The translations under genes and the position numbers were made by a program. Shown one piece after another: positions 8,410-20,395 of a DNA stretch of 64,000 nt. How positions within the stretch are numbered: the first letter of the stretch is position 1; each line of letters begins with the position of its first letter. The DNA is from an uncultured cyanobacterium (GTDB lineage Bacteria; Cyanobacteriota; Cyanobacteriia; Cyanobacteriales; Cyanobacteriaceae). The stretch spans positions 768,001 to 832,000 of the forward strand of contig CAVQBA010000006.1 in NCBI GenBank assembly GCA_963710605.1, given 5' to 3'. The notes under the pieces were generated by a model. The model was not told the origin of the DNA, made no database searches, and saw only the letters and a program-made list of their open reading frames with translations.

Positions 8410-9258
8410 ATGAAAGATATTCAGTCTAATTTAATTAATCATCTTCGACAAATTGTTAGATTAAGAGATCCTTTTTTTTCTGCTGAAGGACATTTTTTTG
8501 TTAAAGAATATATTAAACAAGAACTAGGACGTTTTGGTCAAGTACAAATACAAAATTTTCTTTTTAACGGCACTAGCTATCAAAATATCATCTTAGATTT
8601 ACCTACAACACCTAAGCTAAAAGATAAACCACCAATTTTGATCGCCGCTCATTATGATACAGTTTTTGGTAGTGTAGGGGCGGATGATAATGGCACTGGG
8701 GTAGCAGTTTTGTTAGAGTTAGCTGAGTATTTTAGCACTCACCAAGCAAACTATCCTTTGCGTTTTGTCGCTTTTGATTTGGAAGAATATGGATTACTGG
8801 GTAGTCGCGCTTATGTGGATGAACTAAAAAAGTATAAACAACCTTTGCGTTTGATGGTTAGTTTAGAAATGTTGGGTTATTGTAATCCTCGTCCTAATTC
8901 TCAAAGATATCCTTCTGTTTTAAAATCAATTTATCCTTCTACGGGTGATTTTATCGCTTTAGTCGGTAATTTGGTGACTATCCCCGAAATGATTCATTTT
9001 CATGGGCAAATACGTTTAGCTAAAACTAAGTGTCAGTGGTTACCCGCAGGTATAAGAGGTGCGATCGTACCTGATGCTCGTAGAAGTGATCACGCTCCCT
9101 TTTGGGAACAAGGTTATAAGGCTATTATGGTAACCGATACTGCTAATTTGAGAAATCCTCATTACCATAAACCGACAGATACGATCGATACTTTAGATTT
9201 AACTTTTTTAACGGGTGTTTGTCAAGGATTAATGTTGGCGATCGAAAATTTATCGTAA
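8410..9258 (+). CDS. M28 family metallopeptidase
   Basis: AHYDT, GADDNGTG, DLEEYGLLGS, SDHAPF, YHKPTD. Confidence 0.9.
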   Translation: MKDIQSNLINHLRQIVRLRDPFFSAEGHFFVKEYIKQELGRFGQVQIQNFLFNGTSYQNIILDLPTTPKLKDKPPILIAAHYDTVFGSVGADDNGTGVAVLLELAEYFSTHQANYPLRFVAFDLEEYGLLGSRAYVDELKKYKQPLRLMVSLEMLGYCNPRPNSQRYPSVLKSIYPSTGDFIALVGNLVTIPEMIHFHGQIRLAKTKCQWLPAGIRGAIVPDARRSDHAPFWEQGYKAIMVTDTANLRNPHYHKPTDTIDTLDLTFLTGVCQGLMLAIENLS

Positions 9259-9482
9259 GTAATATAGCTTTTCCCATACTTACGAGGTACAACAAAAAAT
9301 GGTAAGTCCCCCTTTCAAAGGGGGGTTTGGGGGATTGATTTGTATTTGTATTTTTTAAATTTGGTATAAGTAATAATCACTACCATTTATTGATTAAGTG
9401 TCACAACTAGCTAAAATACCTTAAACTGTGACAGTAAGTGTAATGGTTACACATCAATAAATATAGCCTGTTTTACTCATAA

Positions 9483-10442
9483 ATGTCGAATAACTATTGT
9501 GACAGTATCACTCAAAGAAAAAACTTATTAGATAGTTTGGGAAAACTCCCCGAAGCCATTGTAGAAAACCAAGAATGGCTTTATATGTTAGAAGAAGATA
9601 CTAGACACTCTTTATCTATTGAAGGATATTTTGCGACAGAAGAAGAATTAAAAGCCGTCTTACAGGGTAAGAAAACTCAACCTGAAATTCTTAATTATTA
9701 TCGTACTTCCCAATTTATCTATGATTTAGGTTTACAATATTATCGAGAAAAATCACTTCTTTTAGATTTAGTTCTAATTCGTACTATTCACAGTCAATTA
9801 TTAAGAGGAATTGAAAAATACAGTTATTATTGTGGTCAATTTAGAATCGGTAACATTACTATTCAGGGTGCAAAAGTAAAACCTCCTCAATTAGAGCTTG
9901 AAAACTACGTTAAAACTTTCTGCGAGTATAGTCAAAATTGTTTAAGCATTTACCCTATTTTAGAAGCCTTAGCTCGTATTCATACACTTTTTGAAAGTAT
10001 CCATCCTTTTCAAGATGGTAATGGTAGAGTAGGTAGAATATTACTCAATTATTTAGCCATTTCTCAGGGTTATCCTCCTATTGTGATTAAAGGGATTGAA
10101 CTATCCCAACGCCATAAATATTATCAAGCATTAGAATCAGCCGATAAAGGATTTCACCAAGGATTTTATGATGCTAATATTTCTAGTATTCAACAAGGTT
10201 TAAATCAGGGAGATTATAGTTTATTAGTAGAATTATTGTATTTAGGATTAAAACCTAGATTAGAAACGATGATAATTACGGCTTTACAACAAAAAGAAAA
10301 CCTTTTTCTCTTAAAAGATTTAACTGATTATTTTCAAGTTAAAGAAACTACTTTACGTCAATGGATTAAAAGAGATAAATTAATAGCAATCAAAAAAAAT
10401 AACAAGCTTTATAGTCATCCAAAACTTTACTTGAACTCATAA
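9483..10442 (+). CDS. Class II Fic protein with C-terminal HTH
   Basis: [12 protein letters not shown] catalytic motif, SLSIEG inhibitory motif, C-terminal [10 protein letters not shown] helix-turn-helix-like segment. Confidence 0.9.
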   Translation: MSNNYCDSITQRKNLLDSLGKLPEAIVENQEWLYMLEEDTRHSLSIEGYFATEEELKAVLQGKKTQPEILNYYRTSQFIYDLGLQYYREKSLLLDLVLIRTIHSQLLRGIEKYSYYCGQFRIGNITIQGAKVKPPQLELENYVKTFCEYSQNCLSIYPILEALARIHTLFESIHPFQDGNGRVGRILLNYLAISQGYPPIVIKGIELSQRHKYYQALESADKGFHQGFYDANISSIQQGLNQGDYSLLVELLYLGLKPRLETMIITALQQKENLFLLKDLTDYFQVKETTLRQWIKRDKLIAIKKNNKLYSHPKLYLNS

Positions 10443-10585
10443 ATGAATCGATTAATCGTTATTTTATAATAGTTAGCTACGCTATTATTAAGTGGATTTA
10501 GCGATTGAAAATTTATAATCAATTAATTCCTTTAATAATTTGCCATCAATTAATTGATTCCTTAGAGACAAGGTATGCCTTGTCT

Positions 10586-12331
10586 CTACCATTGTATTTC
10601 TAAAAGGTTTTTTAACCGTAAACGATCGATTTTACGATCGGTTTTAATTTCCCATAAATGGACATTTTTAGTTGGTAAACTAGTTAACATCTCTTGTAAT
10701 TGTTGCCAACTATTAATTAATTGATAATCGACATTGTAGGTTTTAACTAAATTACAAAAATCGATCGATTGAGGAGTCGCAAAATAATCTTCATATAAAG
10801 ACTCGTATTCAGCAATTGGTAACATTTCAAAAATTCCCCCACCATTATTATTAACTAAAATAATAATTAAACTTCCTTGTAAATATGGTCGAATCAAAAA
10901 GCCATTAGTATCATGTAATAAAGCTAAATCTCCTGTTAATAAAATAGTTGGTTGTGGATTTTGATGGGCTATTCCTAAAGCAGTTGATAAAGTGCCATCA
11001 ATACCATTTGCACCACGACTAAAATAAATTTGAAATTGTCGATCGTTTTTTTGCCAAAAATATTCAGCGTATCTTACCGACATACTATTAGCAATTACTA
11101 CAGGTGTTTTAACAGGTAAATATTGAGATAACATCCAGACTATTTTACCCTCAAACATTTCTTGATGATTACTCAGCTTATGTTGTAAGCGATGATTGAT
11201 TTGCTGATCGATTTGTTTCCATTTGTGGGTATTGTTTATATTAGTTGAAGGAGCTATCTGAGGAAATTCTGCTTTAATACTAGTTAGATTAGTTCTTAAA
11301 TGAACTGAGTTAGTATGCAAAGCATCAACATTATCCTCATGATCAACAATAATATAAGTCTTGATTTTGTGAGTGTTTAACCAACTTCTCAAAATCTTGC
11401 TTGTAGGATATTTACCAATTAAAATCACCACTTCAGGTAATAATTCTTGAGCATATTTCGCTATGCGTAAAATGATGTCATAATTGACGATCAAGTTTTG
11501 TTGATATAAATCACTGTAGTTTCTCACAGGAGAAAGTGCTTCAGCTAAAATAGGAAAGTTTAATTGTTGAGATAACAAAGCGATCGTTTGACAGTATTGT
11601 TGATTATTTTGTGGCGAATCAACCCCCGCAATAATTATTCCTTTTTCCGATTTTGACCACTCAATTAAATACTGCTTAATATTTGTTGATTTTTCTAAGT
11701 TATTAACCTGAAAAATAGGTAAATTAGCTAACAATTGTTCTGTAATAAAACTTTGTTTTTCTTGACTAATATGCAATTGTTTGCAAGGAGATAAAGGTTC
11801 TTGAAAAGGAATATTAAGATGAACAACTCCAGCATGAGGAAAACAACTTTTTTCCCAAGCATGAATAATAGTTTGTCGTAGATAAAATAATTGATTTAGT
11901 TCAATAGATGGTAAAGATAATTCTGTTTGCCATTGAGGATAATTAGCATACAAATTAATTTGCTCAATTGCTTGTCCTGCATGGCAATTTCGTAATTCAA
12001 AAGGACGATCGGCGGTTAGAATAATTAATGGTACATGACTATATCTAGCTTCAATAATGGCAGGATAAAAATTAGCTCCTGCTGTTCCCGATGTGCAGAT
12101 TAAAATAGTTGGTTGATAAGTTCTTTTCGCTATTCCTAAAGCAAAAAAAGCCGCTGATCTTTCATCTAAAATAGGAATAGTCTTAATCTGTTTATGTTCA
12201 GCAAAAGCGATCGTTAGAGGAGTAGATCTAGAACCGGGGCTTATTACTGCATTTTTGACTCCTAAAGTAGCGAAAGTTTCAGCGATTAGTGAACTCCAAA
12301 GAGTATTTATATTATTAAAACTAAGGGGCAT
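10586..12331 (-). CDS. menD: SEPHCHC synthase
   Basis: SPGSRSTPL, DERSAAF, CTSGTA, RGANGIDG, GDLALLHD...NNNGGGIF. Confidence 0.96.
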   Translation of the reverse strand: MPLSFNNINTLWSSLIAETFATLGVKNAVISPGSRSTPLTIAFAEHKQIKTIPILDERSAAFFALGIAKRTYQPTILICTSGTAGANFYPAIIEARYSHVPLIILTADRPFELRNCHAGQAIEQINLYANYPQWQTELSLPSIELNQLFYLRQTIIHAWEKSCFPHAGVVHLNIPFQEPLSPCKQLHISQEKQSFITEQLLANLPIFQVNNLEKSTNIKQYLIEWSKSEKGIIIAGVDSPQNNQQYCQTIALLSQQLNFPILAEALSPVRNYSDLYQQNLIVNYDIILRIAKYAQELLPEVVILIGKYPTSKILRSWLNTHKIKTYIIVDHEDNVDALHTNSVHLRTNLTSIKAEFPQIAPSTNINNTHKWKQIDQQINHRLQHKLSNHQEMFEGKIVWMLSQYLPVKTPVVIANSMSVRYAEYFWQKNDRQFQIYFSRGANGIDGTLSTALGIAHQNPQPTILLTGDLALLHDTNGFLIRPYLQGSLIIILVNNNGGGIFEMLPIAEYESLYEDYFATPQSIDFCNLVKTYNVDYQLINSWQQLQEMLTSLPTKNVHLWEIKTDRKIDRLRLKNLLEIQW

Positions 12332-12654
12332 TAATGATGATTAAAATTAAAATTTATAAAAACTATGATAGAACAATAAAAAATAAAACATAACTAATTA
12401 AAAGTTGTCACAAAAAGAAATTAATTCTAATTTAATCTAGCTACGATAAAATGATAAGAATGATAGTGTATGAGTTGAGTGAATTTAGATGTGATGACTA
12501 AATTTTAAAAAATAACGAATCGCACACTATCCACTTTATTGTCAATGGTCTGTGAGCAATTGTCAATTTTATCGAATTATCGTCAGCATTTTAAGAGTGC
12601 GAGGCAAACTCGTACCTTATCTGACAGCAATTATCAATTATCAATTATTAATTA

Positions 12655-14163
12655 ATGTTAGAAGCTAAAGTCCACTCTCAACTGAGAACTTTTTTACGTA
12701 ACCAGCAAGATTCGGCGTGGAATCATCACTTAACCATGGCGAGAATGGTTGCACGTGGACTAAGATTAAAACGATCGACAATTATCCAAACAGGTGTCAG
12801 TCACGAAGAATATCTACCTAGCTATATCACTCCTGCTTTATTGTGCGATTCTCCAGTGATGATAGTCACAGATAAACAAAGACAAAAGAAACTAATTGAA
12901 AATGACCTTTATTTTTTTCAAAAGTCTTTAAATATAGGTTTGTCGATTGAAAATAAAAATGAAATAAATATAGTTAATAAACCTAATTTGCTAGTTGTTG
13001 ATTATCAGACTTGGTTAGATAAAACTTATAGTCATTCACTTAATTCATCTAGCTCTATAATAGTCACTAATGCCGAGAAACTACCTAATATTATTAGTGA
13101 CTATTTAACCCAAGAAATTATTAGTCAGCAATGGTATCAGCTAGTAATTGATTTTCCTCAACACCAAGATATATTAAGAGACAAGTTAGCTAAATTAACT
13201 CAACTAATCTACGCTCATCCTCGTAACCGTGATGATAGTTATTTATTAGATGAAGAAGAAATTATAGTTATTAATCAAATCTGTGAACTAGTTAAAACAG
13301 TTGGTGACAATAATTCTGCTGGGCAGAAATTTCTCGATTTCCAAAGCAAACTTTTATCTTATCCTAATTATGTCGGTTACTTTAAAATCGATCGTAATCA
13401 ACCTTCATTTAGCTTAAATGTATCTCCTTTAGAATTAAAATCATCAATTAATAAAATATGGCAAAACAATAATTTTGTCTTGATTGCAAATTATTTAGAA
13501 CCAGAAAAATATCCTGTAGATTACGGTGATAAATTAGGAATTGATTTAGAAGAATTTACTTGTTTAAAATTTTTTCCTTCTGCTCAAAAATATTCCTTAA
13601 AAATGTATTTTACCAAAGGGCTTCCTTTTCCTAATAATCCTAACTTTTTAGCTAAAGTAAACCAAGAAATATTAGCCTTAGTCGCAGCGATCAAAATTGA
13701 TCATCATCCGATCGTAATTATCATTGATGACTTACCATTACAAGGTCAAATCACTACCAATTTAGCCGCTAACTTTGGTACGAGAGTACAATTAAAAAGT
13801 CAGAAAATCAAAAATAATACAATTTTAGTTTGTGACTTAAAATTCTGGTTAACTCACCAAACGACAATCAAATCACCCCAACTATTAATTATACCGACTT
13901 TACCAATTCCTTCATTAGAAAATCCCTTAGTTTCGGCTCAAGTGACTTATTACAAACAAAGAAAGAAAGATTGGTTTCGTCTTTTTTTATTACCTCAAAC
14001 AATTAAAATCTTACAAAGAGCGACTATTTCTGTAAGAGAAAATAACGGCGTTTTAGCATTACTAGATAATCGAGTTAATCATCGTAGTTACGGAATAAAA
14101 ATTTTACAATCTTTAGAACCTTATGAAAAAATAAATTATCTTGATCTAGATTGGTTAAATTAA
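12655..14163 (+). CDS. DinG-like helicase C-terminal domain protein (Walker A not evident)
   Basis: MLEAKVHSQLR..HHLTMARMVAR N-terminus, TLPIPSLENP, LLDNRV..RSYG. Confidence 0.75.
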   Translation: MLEAKVHSQLRTFLRNQQDSAWNHHLTMARMVARGLRLKRSTIIQTGVSHEEYLPSYITPALLCDSPVMIVTDKQRQKKLIENDLYFFQKSLNIGLSIENKNEINIVNKPNLLVVDYQTWLDKTYSHSLNSSSSIIVTNAEKLPNIISDYLTQEIISQQWYQLVIDFPQHQDILRDKLAKLTQLIYAHPRNRDDSYLLDEEEIIVINQICELVKTVGDNNSAGQKFLDFQSKLLSYPNYVGYFKIDRNQPSFSLNVSPLELKSSINKIWQNNNFVLIANYLEPEKYPVDYGDKLGIDLEEFTCLKFFPSAQKYSLKMYFTKGLPFPNNPNFLAKVNQEILALVAAIKIDHHPIVIIIDDLPLQGQITTNLAANFGTRVQLKSQKIKNNTILVCDLKFWLTHQTTIKSPQLLIIPTLPIPSLENPLVSAQVTYYKQRKKDWFRLFLLPQTIKILQRATISVRENNGVLALLDNRVNHRSYGIKILQSLEPYEKINYLDLDWLN

Positions 14164-14438
14164 TTTTGCTCACAAGAAGTATCGAGAATGAATAAAAAAC
14201 TTTGTCTAATCATCAATTAATTAATTATTGTTCGATCGTCTGAGTCTTAAAGTTTATCTATATGTTATCAATAGTTTGCTCATCGTTTAAAACTAAGATT
14301 TGTATAAGTTAAAATAGTTAAATTATGCTCACAGCGATCGATTTAATTTAATTGAATCTAATCATTTTAGTGCTAATTAGTCACTAATTTTCTGGCAAAT
14401 GAGATCTTTAATTATCTATTATCAATCACTTATTATTT

Positions 14439-15620
14439 ATGTTATATCGTCGATTTGGTAGAACAAATTTACAAATGCCTGTTTTTTCTTGTGGTGGAAT
14501 GCGTTATCAACACAAATGGCAAGATTTATCTTTAAATGATATTCCCGTAGATAATCAAACTAATTTGGAAGCAACAATTAGAAAAAGCGTTGATATAGGT
14601 ATCAATCATATCGAAACAGCACGAGGTTATGGCACATCAGAAATACAATTAGGGCAAATTTTACCTAAACTACCACGAGAAAAACTGATTGTCCAAACAA
14701 AAGTCTCACCAAATGCTGACTCTAAAAAATTTAGAGCTAATTTTGAGACATCAATGAAAAACCTAAAACTTGATTATGTCGATTTATTAGGCATACATGG
14801 CATTAATACCATCAAAGATTTAGAAAACACTATTCGCCCTGGCGGTTGCTTAGATGAAGCTAGAAAGCTACAACAACAAGGAAGAGTTCGCTATATCGGT
14901 TTTTCAACTCATGGGGCGACACAGATAATTGTGAAAGCGATTGAGACTAATCAATTTGATTATGTTAATTTACATTGGTACTGGATTTTTCAAAACAATT
15001 GGCAGGCTATCACCCAAGCAAGTCAGCGTGATATGGGAGTATTCATTATTAGCCCATCAAATAAAGGCGGAATGCTATATCAACCTTCGGCTAAATTAGC
15101 CCAATTATGTCAGCCTCTTAGCCCGATGGTTTTCAATAACTTATTTTGTTTATCTCATCCTCAAGTACATACTTTAAGTATTGGGGCGGCTAAACCAAGT
15201 GATTTTGATGAGCATTTAAAAACCTTACCTTTACTCTCACAACTAGATGATGTATTACCTCCTATCATCGATCGATTAGAAACAGAAGCCAGAAAAGTTT
15301 TAGGCTCAAATTGGGTTGACAATTGGCACAAAGGTTTACCTAGTTATCAAGATACTCCGGGTAATATCAATATTTATACCATCCTTTGGTTAAGAAACTT
15401 GACGATCGCTTATGATTTAGTTGAATACGGCAAAATGCGTTATAACTTACTCGGTAACGGAGGAGATTGGTTTCCTGGGCAAAAAGCCGACAAATTAGCT
15501 CAGTTTGATTTAAAACCATGTCTTAAAAATAGCCCTTTTCAAGCTCAAATACCTCAATTGTTAGCTGAAGCTGAATCTATATTAGGAGGAAAAGAAGTCA
15601 AGCGTCTTTCTCAAAGTTAA
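14439..15620 (+). CDS. Aldo/keto reductase
   Basis: RRFGRT, HIETARGYGTSE, IGFSTHG. Confidence 0.9.
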   Translation: MLYRRFGRTNLQMPVFSCGGMRYQHKWQDLSLNDIPVDNQTNLEATIRKSVDIGINHIETARGYGTSEIQLGQILPKLPREKLIVQTKVSPNADSKKFRANFETSMKNLKLDYVDLLGIHGINTIKDLENTIRPGGCLDEARKLQQQGRVRYIGFSTHGATQIIVKAIETNQFDYVNLHWYWIFQNNWQAITQASQRDMGVFIISPSNKGGMLYQPSAKLAQLCQPLSPMVFNNLFCLSHPQVHTLSIGAAKPSDFDEHLKTLPLLSQLDDVLPPIIDRLETEARKVLGSNWVDNWHKGLPSYQDTPGNINIYTILWLRNLTIAYDLVEYGKMRYNLLGNGGDWFPGQKADKLAQFDLKPCLKNSPFQAQIPQLLAEAESILGGKEVKRLSQS

Positions 15621-15820
15621 AGCATTCGTAATAACTAAATTGAAAAAAGGTTAATTTATTGAATCAATAAACGTTATTTATCTTAATCTGATTAAAGAAA
15701 TAAAATATCATAAATTATTGACTAAATTAAAAAAAATTAGCTAATCTTAATCTAATTTGAACCTTAAAGTACTAAGATGATATAACAATGTTTTGGAGTA
15801 TTTATCAATAGCTAAATATA

Positions 15821-16126
15821 ATGACCAATAGTTATAAAATTAAATTTGTTAATCCCGACAAAAATAGCGAACAAGTTTTAGAAGTTTTGGCTGATGAATA
15901 CATTTTAGATGGAGCGGAAAGACAAAATTTGAATTTACCATACTCTTGTCGTGCAGGTGTTTGTATTAGTTGTACTGCTAAATTGTTAAAAGGCTCGGTT
16001 AATCATGACTATGATTTTTTACAACAAAAAGAAATAGAAGAAGGTTTTTTCCTTGCTTGTAAAGCTTATGCTACTTCTGACTGTGTAGTTCAAACACATC
16101 AGGAAGATGCTTTACTTGACTTGTAG
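15821..16126 (+). CDS. Plant-type 2Fe-2S ferredoxin
   Basis: LPYSCRAGVCISC...LAC. Confidence 0.9.
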   Translation: MTNSYKIKFVNPDKNSEQVLEVLADEYILDGAERQNLNLPYSCRAGVCISCTAKLLKGSVNHDYDFLQQKEIEEGFFLACKAYATSDCVVQTHQEDALLDL

Positions 16127-16398
16127 ATTAATTAAAAAATTAATCAGATTACTTATTCTTGAGTTTTGAGGTAAAAGGCTAGTAATTAAAATAATATTTA
16201 GTTACTTATAAATCGCTAAGTATCTCGATAATTTTATTTTGATTTAACAAGTTAAGCCTTGAGTTTAACTACCCTATTTTTAGGGTAATATTTACTCTTA
16301 TCTGCTTTCAAACTTTATTTTTAACGGCTAATTAGTTTACTTAATATAGTTATTTAAAATAATTATTATATATTGGATTTGAAACTAACTACCATAAT

Positions 16399-16674
16399 TT
16401 ATTTTTCGATTTTATCTAACTGCCAAAGAATTTGATTCCCTTCTCTTTTAACTCGAGAGACAATCCAATTACGCCAATACCATTCATTCCCTCTACTTGT
16501 TACCGCACTAGCGTTTACATCTATTAAATAAGCTAATTCAGCACTAGTAATTAAATAACCATTATTAGAAATTTTCTCAGCTATCTGAAGCGTTTTGATG
16601 GTATTTTTTAATTGTTGTACTTTTTCATCACGAGTTAAACATGATTCATCAGAACTATTATATGATTGACTCAT
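16399..16674 (-). CDS. Conserved cyanobacterial hypothetical protein
   Basis: 91-aa ORF, GYLITSAELA..VNASAVTSRG..WRNW. Confidence 0.65.
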   Translation of the reverse strand: MSQSYNSSDESCLTRDEKVQQLKNTIKTLQIAEKISNNGYLITSAELAYLIDVNASAVTSRGNEWYWRNWIVSRVKREGNQILWQLDKIEK

Positions 16675-17095
16675 GGGTTTATAGTCTAAGGTTAATTTAT
16701 CTTATTAACTACAAATCATACTTAAATAATCAAAACTTTGGTTTAAATTAAAGTGAATTTCATCAACTCTTTTTTTTTCCACTTAAGTAAATATATAAAA
16801 TTAATATTTATTAGCTAAGTTATTAGTATTAATTATTAAGTAAAATTACTGTTGTTTTTGGAATACATAATTATTACATTAATCAAATATTAACTTAAAT
16901 AACTAATAATTAGAAACAATATTGTCATCAAAACTGGTTAATAATAGCACTTTGAATCAATCACCAAGGGCTATTAATTAAAGTAAACGCCGCCCAATAA
17001 TCCCTTACTCATTACTCATTACTCGTTACTCATTCTGTTATTATTGATTACTTATTAAATAAATTTTTGATTGTGAGGATTGAAAAAATACAATT

Positions 17096-18883
17096 ATGCA
17101 AATAATCGATTGGATTGTTGTCTTGCTGTACCTGATTTTAACGATGGCGATCGGTATTTATTTATCAAAAAAAGCCTCTAAAAGTATGGAAGACTTTTTC
17201 GTATCAGGAAGATCATTATCATGGTGGTTAGCAGGTACAAGTATGGCGGCGACAACCTTTTCGATCGATACACCATTATATATTTGCGGAGTTGTAGCCT
17301 CTAGAGGAATTGCCGGTAACTGGGAATGGTGGAGTTTTGGGCTTGCTCATGTCGTCTTAATTTATGTCTTTGCGAGATTGTGGCGACGCGCAGAAGTAGT
17401 GACGGATGCAGAATTAACCGAGATTCGTTATGGCGGTAAGATGGCGGCAGTTTTACGGGCAACCAAGGCTTTTATCTTTGCTGTACCAATTAATTGTATT
17501 GGTATCGGTTATGCCATGTTGGCAATGGTTAAAGTAGTCACCGCATTAGAGTTATGGGAAAGTTTGGGTTTAAATGTAGGTGAGCAAGGTAAATTATTTA
17601 GTGTGATTGCAGTTAGTATTTTTGTTTTAATTTACTCTAGCTTTTCAGGATTATGGGGTGTAGTTATCACCGATTTTTTCCAATTTTTTCTGGCTTTAGT
17701 CGGGGCGATGGTAGTGGCGATTATCGCTGTTAATCATGTTGGTGGTATTCATGAATTGATTCCTCAAGTACAACAAGCAACAGATATTGATGTTTTATCT
17801 TTAATACCTTTAACTAAAGGGGAAGGTTTTTTTAATTGGCAATGGAGTGATGTAGCAGGAATTAGCTTGAGTACTTTTTCAACTTATCTGTTGGTACAGT
17901 GGTGGAGTTTTCGTCGTAGTGATGGTGGTGGTGAATTTATTCAACGTTTGATTTCAGCTAAAGATGAAGCAGAAGCAGAAAAAGCGGCATGGTTTTTTAA
18001 TATCCTTAATTATATCATTCGTACTTGGCCATGGATTTTGGTGGCTTTAGCGGCAATCGTTATTTATCCTGATTTAGAAGATCCTGAATTGGGTTATCCT
18101 AAATTAATGTTAGACTTTCTACCTCCTGTTGTTTTAGGATTGGTAGTTGCTTCTTTGATTGCCGCTTTTATGAGTACGGTTTCGACTTCTATTAATTGGG
18201 GTGCATCTTACATTACTAATGATTTGTATCGTCGTTTTTTTGCCCCTGAAGCAACTCAAGAGCAATTAGTTTTTGCTGGTAGAATAGCCTCTGTGGGGGT
18301 TACTGTTTTGGGTGCTATGGCGGCGTTTTTTGCGACTGATATTAGTACTGTTTTTCGTTTAGTGATAGCGATCGGTACAGGACCTGGTTTAGTGCTAATC
18401 TTAAGATGGTATTGGTGGCGAATTAATGCCACAGCGGAGTTAGCGGCGATGGTAGCGGGTTTTATTATTGGTTGTTTGAGTTTGATTCCTGATTTTTTCC
18501 CTGCTGATTTTGGGCAAAAACTAGTCATGATTTCTTTCTATACAGGTATTATCTGGATTACAGCGATGTTTGCCACTCCACCTGAGTCTGAGGAAACTTT
18601 AACTCAATTTTATTTACGTGTTCGCCCTGCGGGTATTGGTTGGCGTAAACAACAACAACAAACGGGTGTTAAACCTTTACAGAATTTACGATTAGATGTT
18701 TTAAAATCGATCGCTTCTGTTCTATTATTATTTGGTTTAATGTTATCTATCGGTGGATTTTTATTATTACAATCTCGTATTGCTTGGTTTTCTCTTATTA
18801 CCGCCGTCATTGGTGGTTTTTGGTTACGACACCTCAATAAGCAAAAAATCTTTCCTTTACCTCGCCCTGGCACAGATAGTTAA
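17096..18883 (+). CDS. Sodium:solute symporter family protein
   Basis: DFFVSGRSL, SMAATTFS, AAFMSTVST; many TM helices. Confidence 0.9.
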   Translation: MQIIDWIVVLLYLILTMAIGIYLSKKASKSMEDFFVSGRSLSWWLAGTSMAATTFSIDTPLYICGVVASRGIAGNWEWWSFGLAHVVLIYVFARLWRRAEVVTDAELTEIRYGGKMAAVLRATKAFIFAVPINCIGIGYAMLAMVKVVTALELWESLGLNVGEQGKLFSVIAVSIFVLIYSSFSGLWGVVITDFFQFFLALVGAMVVAIIAVNHVGGIHELIPQVQQATDIDVLSLIPLTKGEGFFNWQWSDVAGISLSTFSTYLLVQWWSFRRSDGGGEFIQRLISAKDEAEAEKAAWFFNILNYIIRTWPWILVALAAIVIYPDLEDPELGYPKLMLDFLPPVVLGLVVASLIAAFMSTVSTSINWGASYITNDLYRRFFAPEATQEQLVFAGRIASVGVTVLGAMAAFFATDISTVFRLVIAIGTGPGLVLILRWYWWRINATAELAAMVAGFIIGCLSLIPDFFPADFGQKLVMISFYTGIIWITAMFATPPESEETLTQFYLRVRPAGIGWRKQQQQTGVKPLQNLRLDVLKSIASVLLLFGLMLSIGGFLLLQSRIAWFSLITAVIGGFWLRHLNKQKIFPLPRPGTDS

Positions 18884-19090
18884 GAGTTAAAAGTTAAGAG
18901 TTAAGAGTTAAGAGAGATGGATTGTTAATTGTTAATTGATTTGTGGTGTTTTGAGGTAAAATAATATCTAGAGTATGGATGGTTATTTAGTTTGTACCGT
19001 CGTTTAGTATGATGAATTTTCTCATTGATTAATAAAATCAATTTTACTACTAATCATAATTAATTAAATAATAATAAAGGAGATATTAAC

Positions 19091-19219
19091 ATGACCGCAG
19101 AAAGTATGTTGTTAAATGGAGCGATCGCTTGTTTTAGTTTGGTTTTAGTGGGTTTAGCTTGGGGTTTTCTCTTACTAAGGATAGCTGATGAACCTGAAGA
19201 AAAAGCTAAATTAAAATAA
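19091..19219 (+). CDS. petM: Cytochrome b6f subunit VII PetM (not in ORF track)
   Basis: [51 protein letters not shown] upstream; single TM helix. Confidence 0.9.
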   Translation: MTAESMLLNGAIACFSLVLVGLAWGFLLLRIADEPEEKAKLK

Positions 19220-19349
19220 TCGTCGTCAAAATTCGTAATAAGGACTTGTAGTAAGTTTTGTCGTAAGGACTTTAGTCCTTATTCAACTAATAACTAATAA
19301 GATAAAAGATTTGACTTTAGTCCTTATTCATGAGCAGAATTAAGCTAAA

Positions 19350-20108
19350 TCAAAGCTGACTCGAATCTAGACTTTGAGCTTCTTCTGCACTAGTAGGTAG
19401 GTGCAAACCGCATTCTTGCTTAACTCCATGAAAACGAGTATCTCTTTCATTATCATCTTCAAGAGAAAGAGGGCGACTAGAATGCCAATCCCCTACTGAA
19501 ACATAACCTTGATCAAAATAAGGATGATAAGGTAAATCGTGTTTAGTTAGATACTGATATATATCACGAGAATTCCATTTCAGGATTGGTAAAATTTTGT
19601 ACATTTCTTGTTGCTGATTAACAAATTCTAACTGTTTACGAAATTGAGTTTGATTTTGTCTTAATCCTGCTAACCAAGCTTTTGCATCCAATTCTTGTAA
19701 TGCTTGTTGCATCGGTTCTACCTTTCTGATACGATCGTAAAGATTTAAAGATTCAATATCCTTATTTTGCCATAATTTACCGTGAAGAGCTTCCATTCTG
19801 GCAGGAGTTATGTCTGATTGATAAACTTTTAAATTAAGGTTGAGTCTTTGGCTTAATTGTTCGGCAAACAAATAGGTTTCTTTGGGTAAATACCCTGTAT
19901 CAATCCAAATTACTGGTATCTGAGGAATAATTTTCGTTACCAAATGCAACATCACCGCTGATTGTATGCCAAAACTGGTACTCATTACTAAATGGTTAGC
20001 AAATTCAGTCTGTGCCCATCTGACGATGTCTTGGGCTTGAGTATTACTCAGATTTTCGTTGACTAAATTCAAATCAAGTTGTTGATGTGAGTTAGATAAT
20101 TGATACAC
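19350..20108 (-). CDS. cysH: Phosphoadenosine phosphosulfate reductase
   Basis: STSFG, IDTGY, RKVEP, GYVSVG, ECGLH. Confidence 0.95.
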   Translation of the reverse strand: MYQLSNSHQQLDLNLVNENLSNTQAQDIVRWAQTEFANHLVMSTSFGIQSAVMLHLVTKIIPQIPVIWIDTGYLPKETYLFAEQLSQRLNLNLKVYQSDITPARMEALHGKLWQNKDIESLNLYDRIRKVEPMQQALQELDAKAWLAGLRQNQTQFRKQLEFVNQQQEMYKILPILKWNSRDIYQYLTKHDLPYHPYFDQGYVSVGDWHSSRPLSLEDDNERDTRFHGVKQECGLHLPTSAEEAQSLDSSQL

Positions 20109-20236
20109 TGGTTTTAATAATTAGTGATGTGATAAGCTATATTTTAGGTTAATCTGCTTTAAACGTGTAGCAAAGTACGATCGTTTGATTAATTTAACAG
20201 ATAATGTGAGGTACTACTTGTTTGGTTAATTATAAG

Positions 20237-20395
20237 GTGACATCTCCCACACTAATACTTTTCAAGCATATATGTGTAGGCTTCCAATCCTCACGAACTA
20301 GATTTTCTGCTTTTTCGGACGGTTCTAGACTTAGATTTCTTCTTGTCCCCGATACCGTTATCCTCCACAGACTGCAACACCGTTTGCCCCACGGC
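20237..20395 (-). ncRNA. Predicted omega/reRNA scaffold overlapping the tnpB 3' end
   Basis: Position expected for TnpB systems; GCCGTGGGGCAAACGGT stem and right-end hairpin; 5' limit approximate. Confidence 0.6.
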
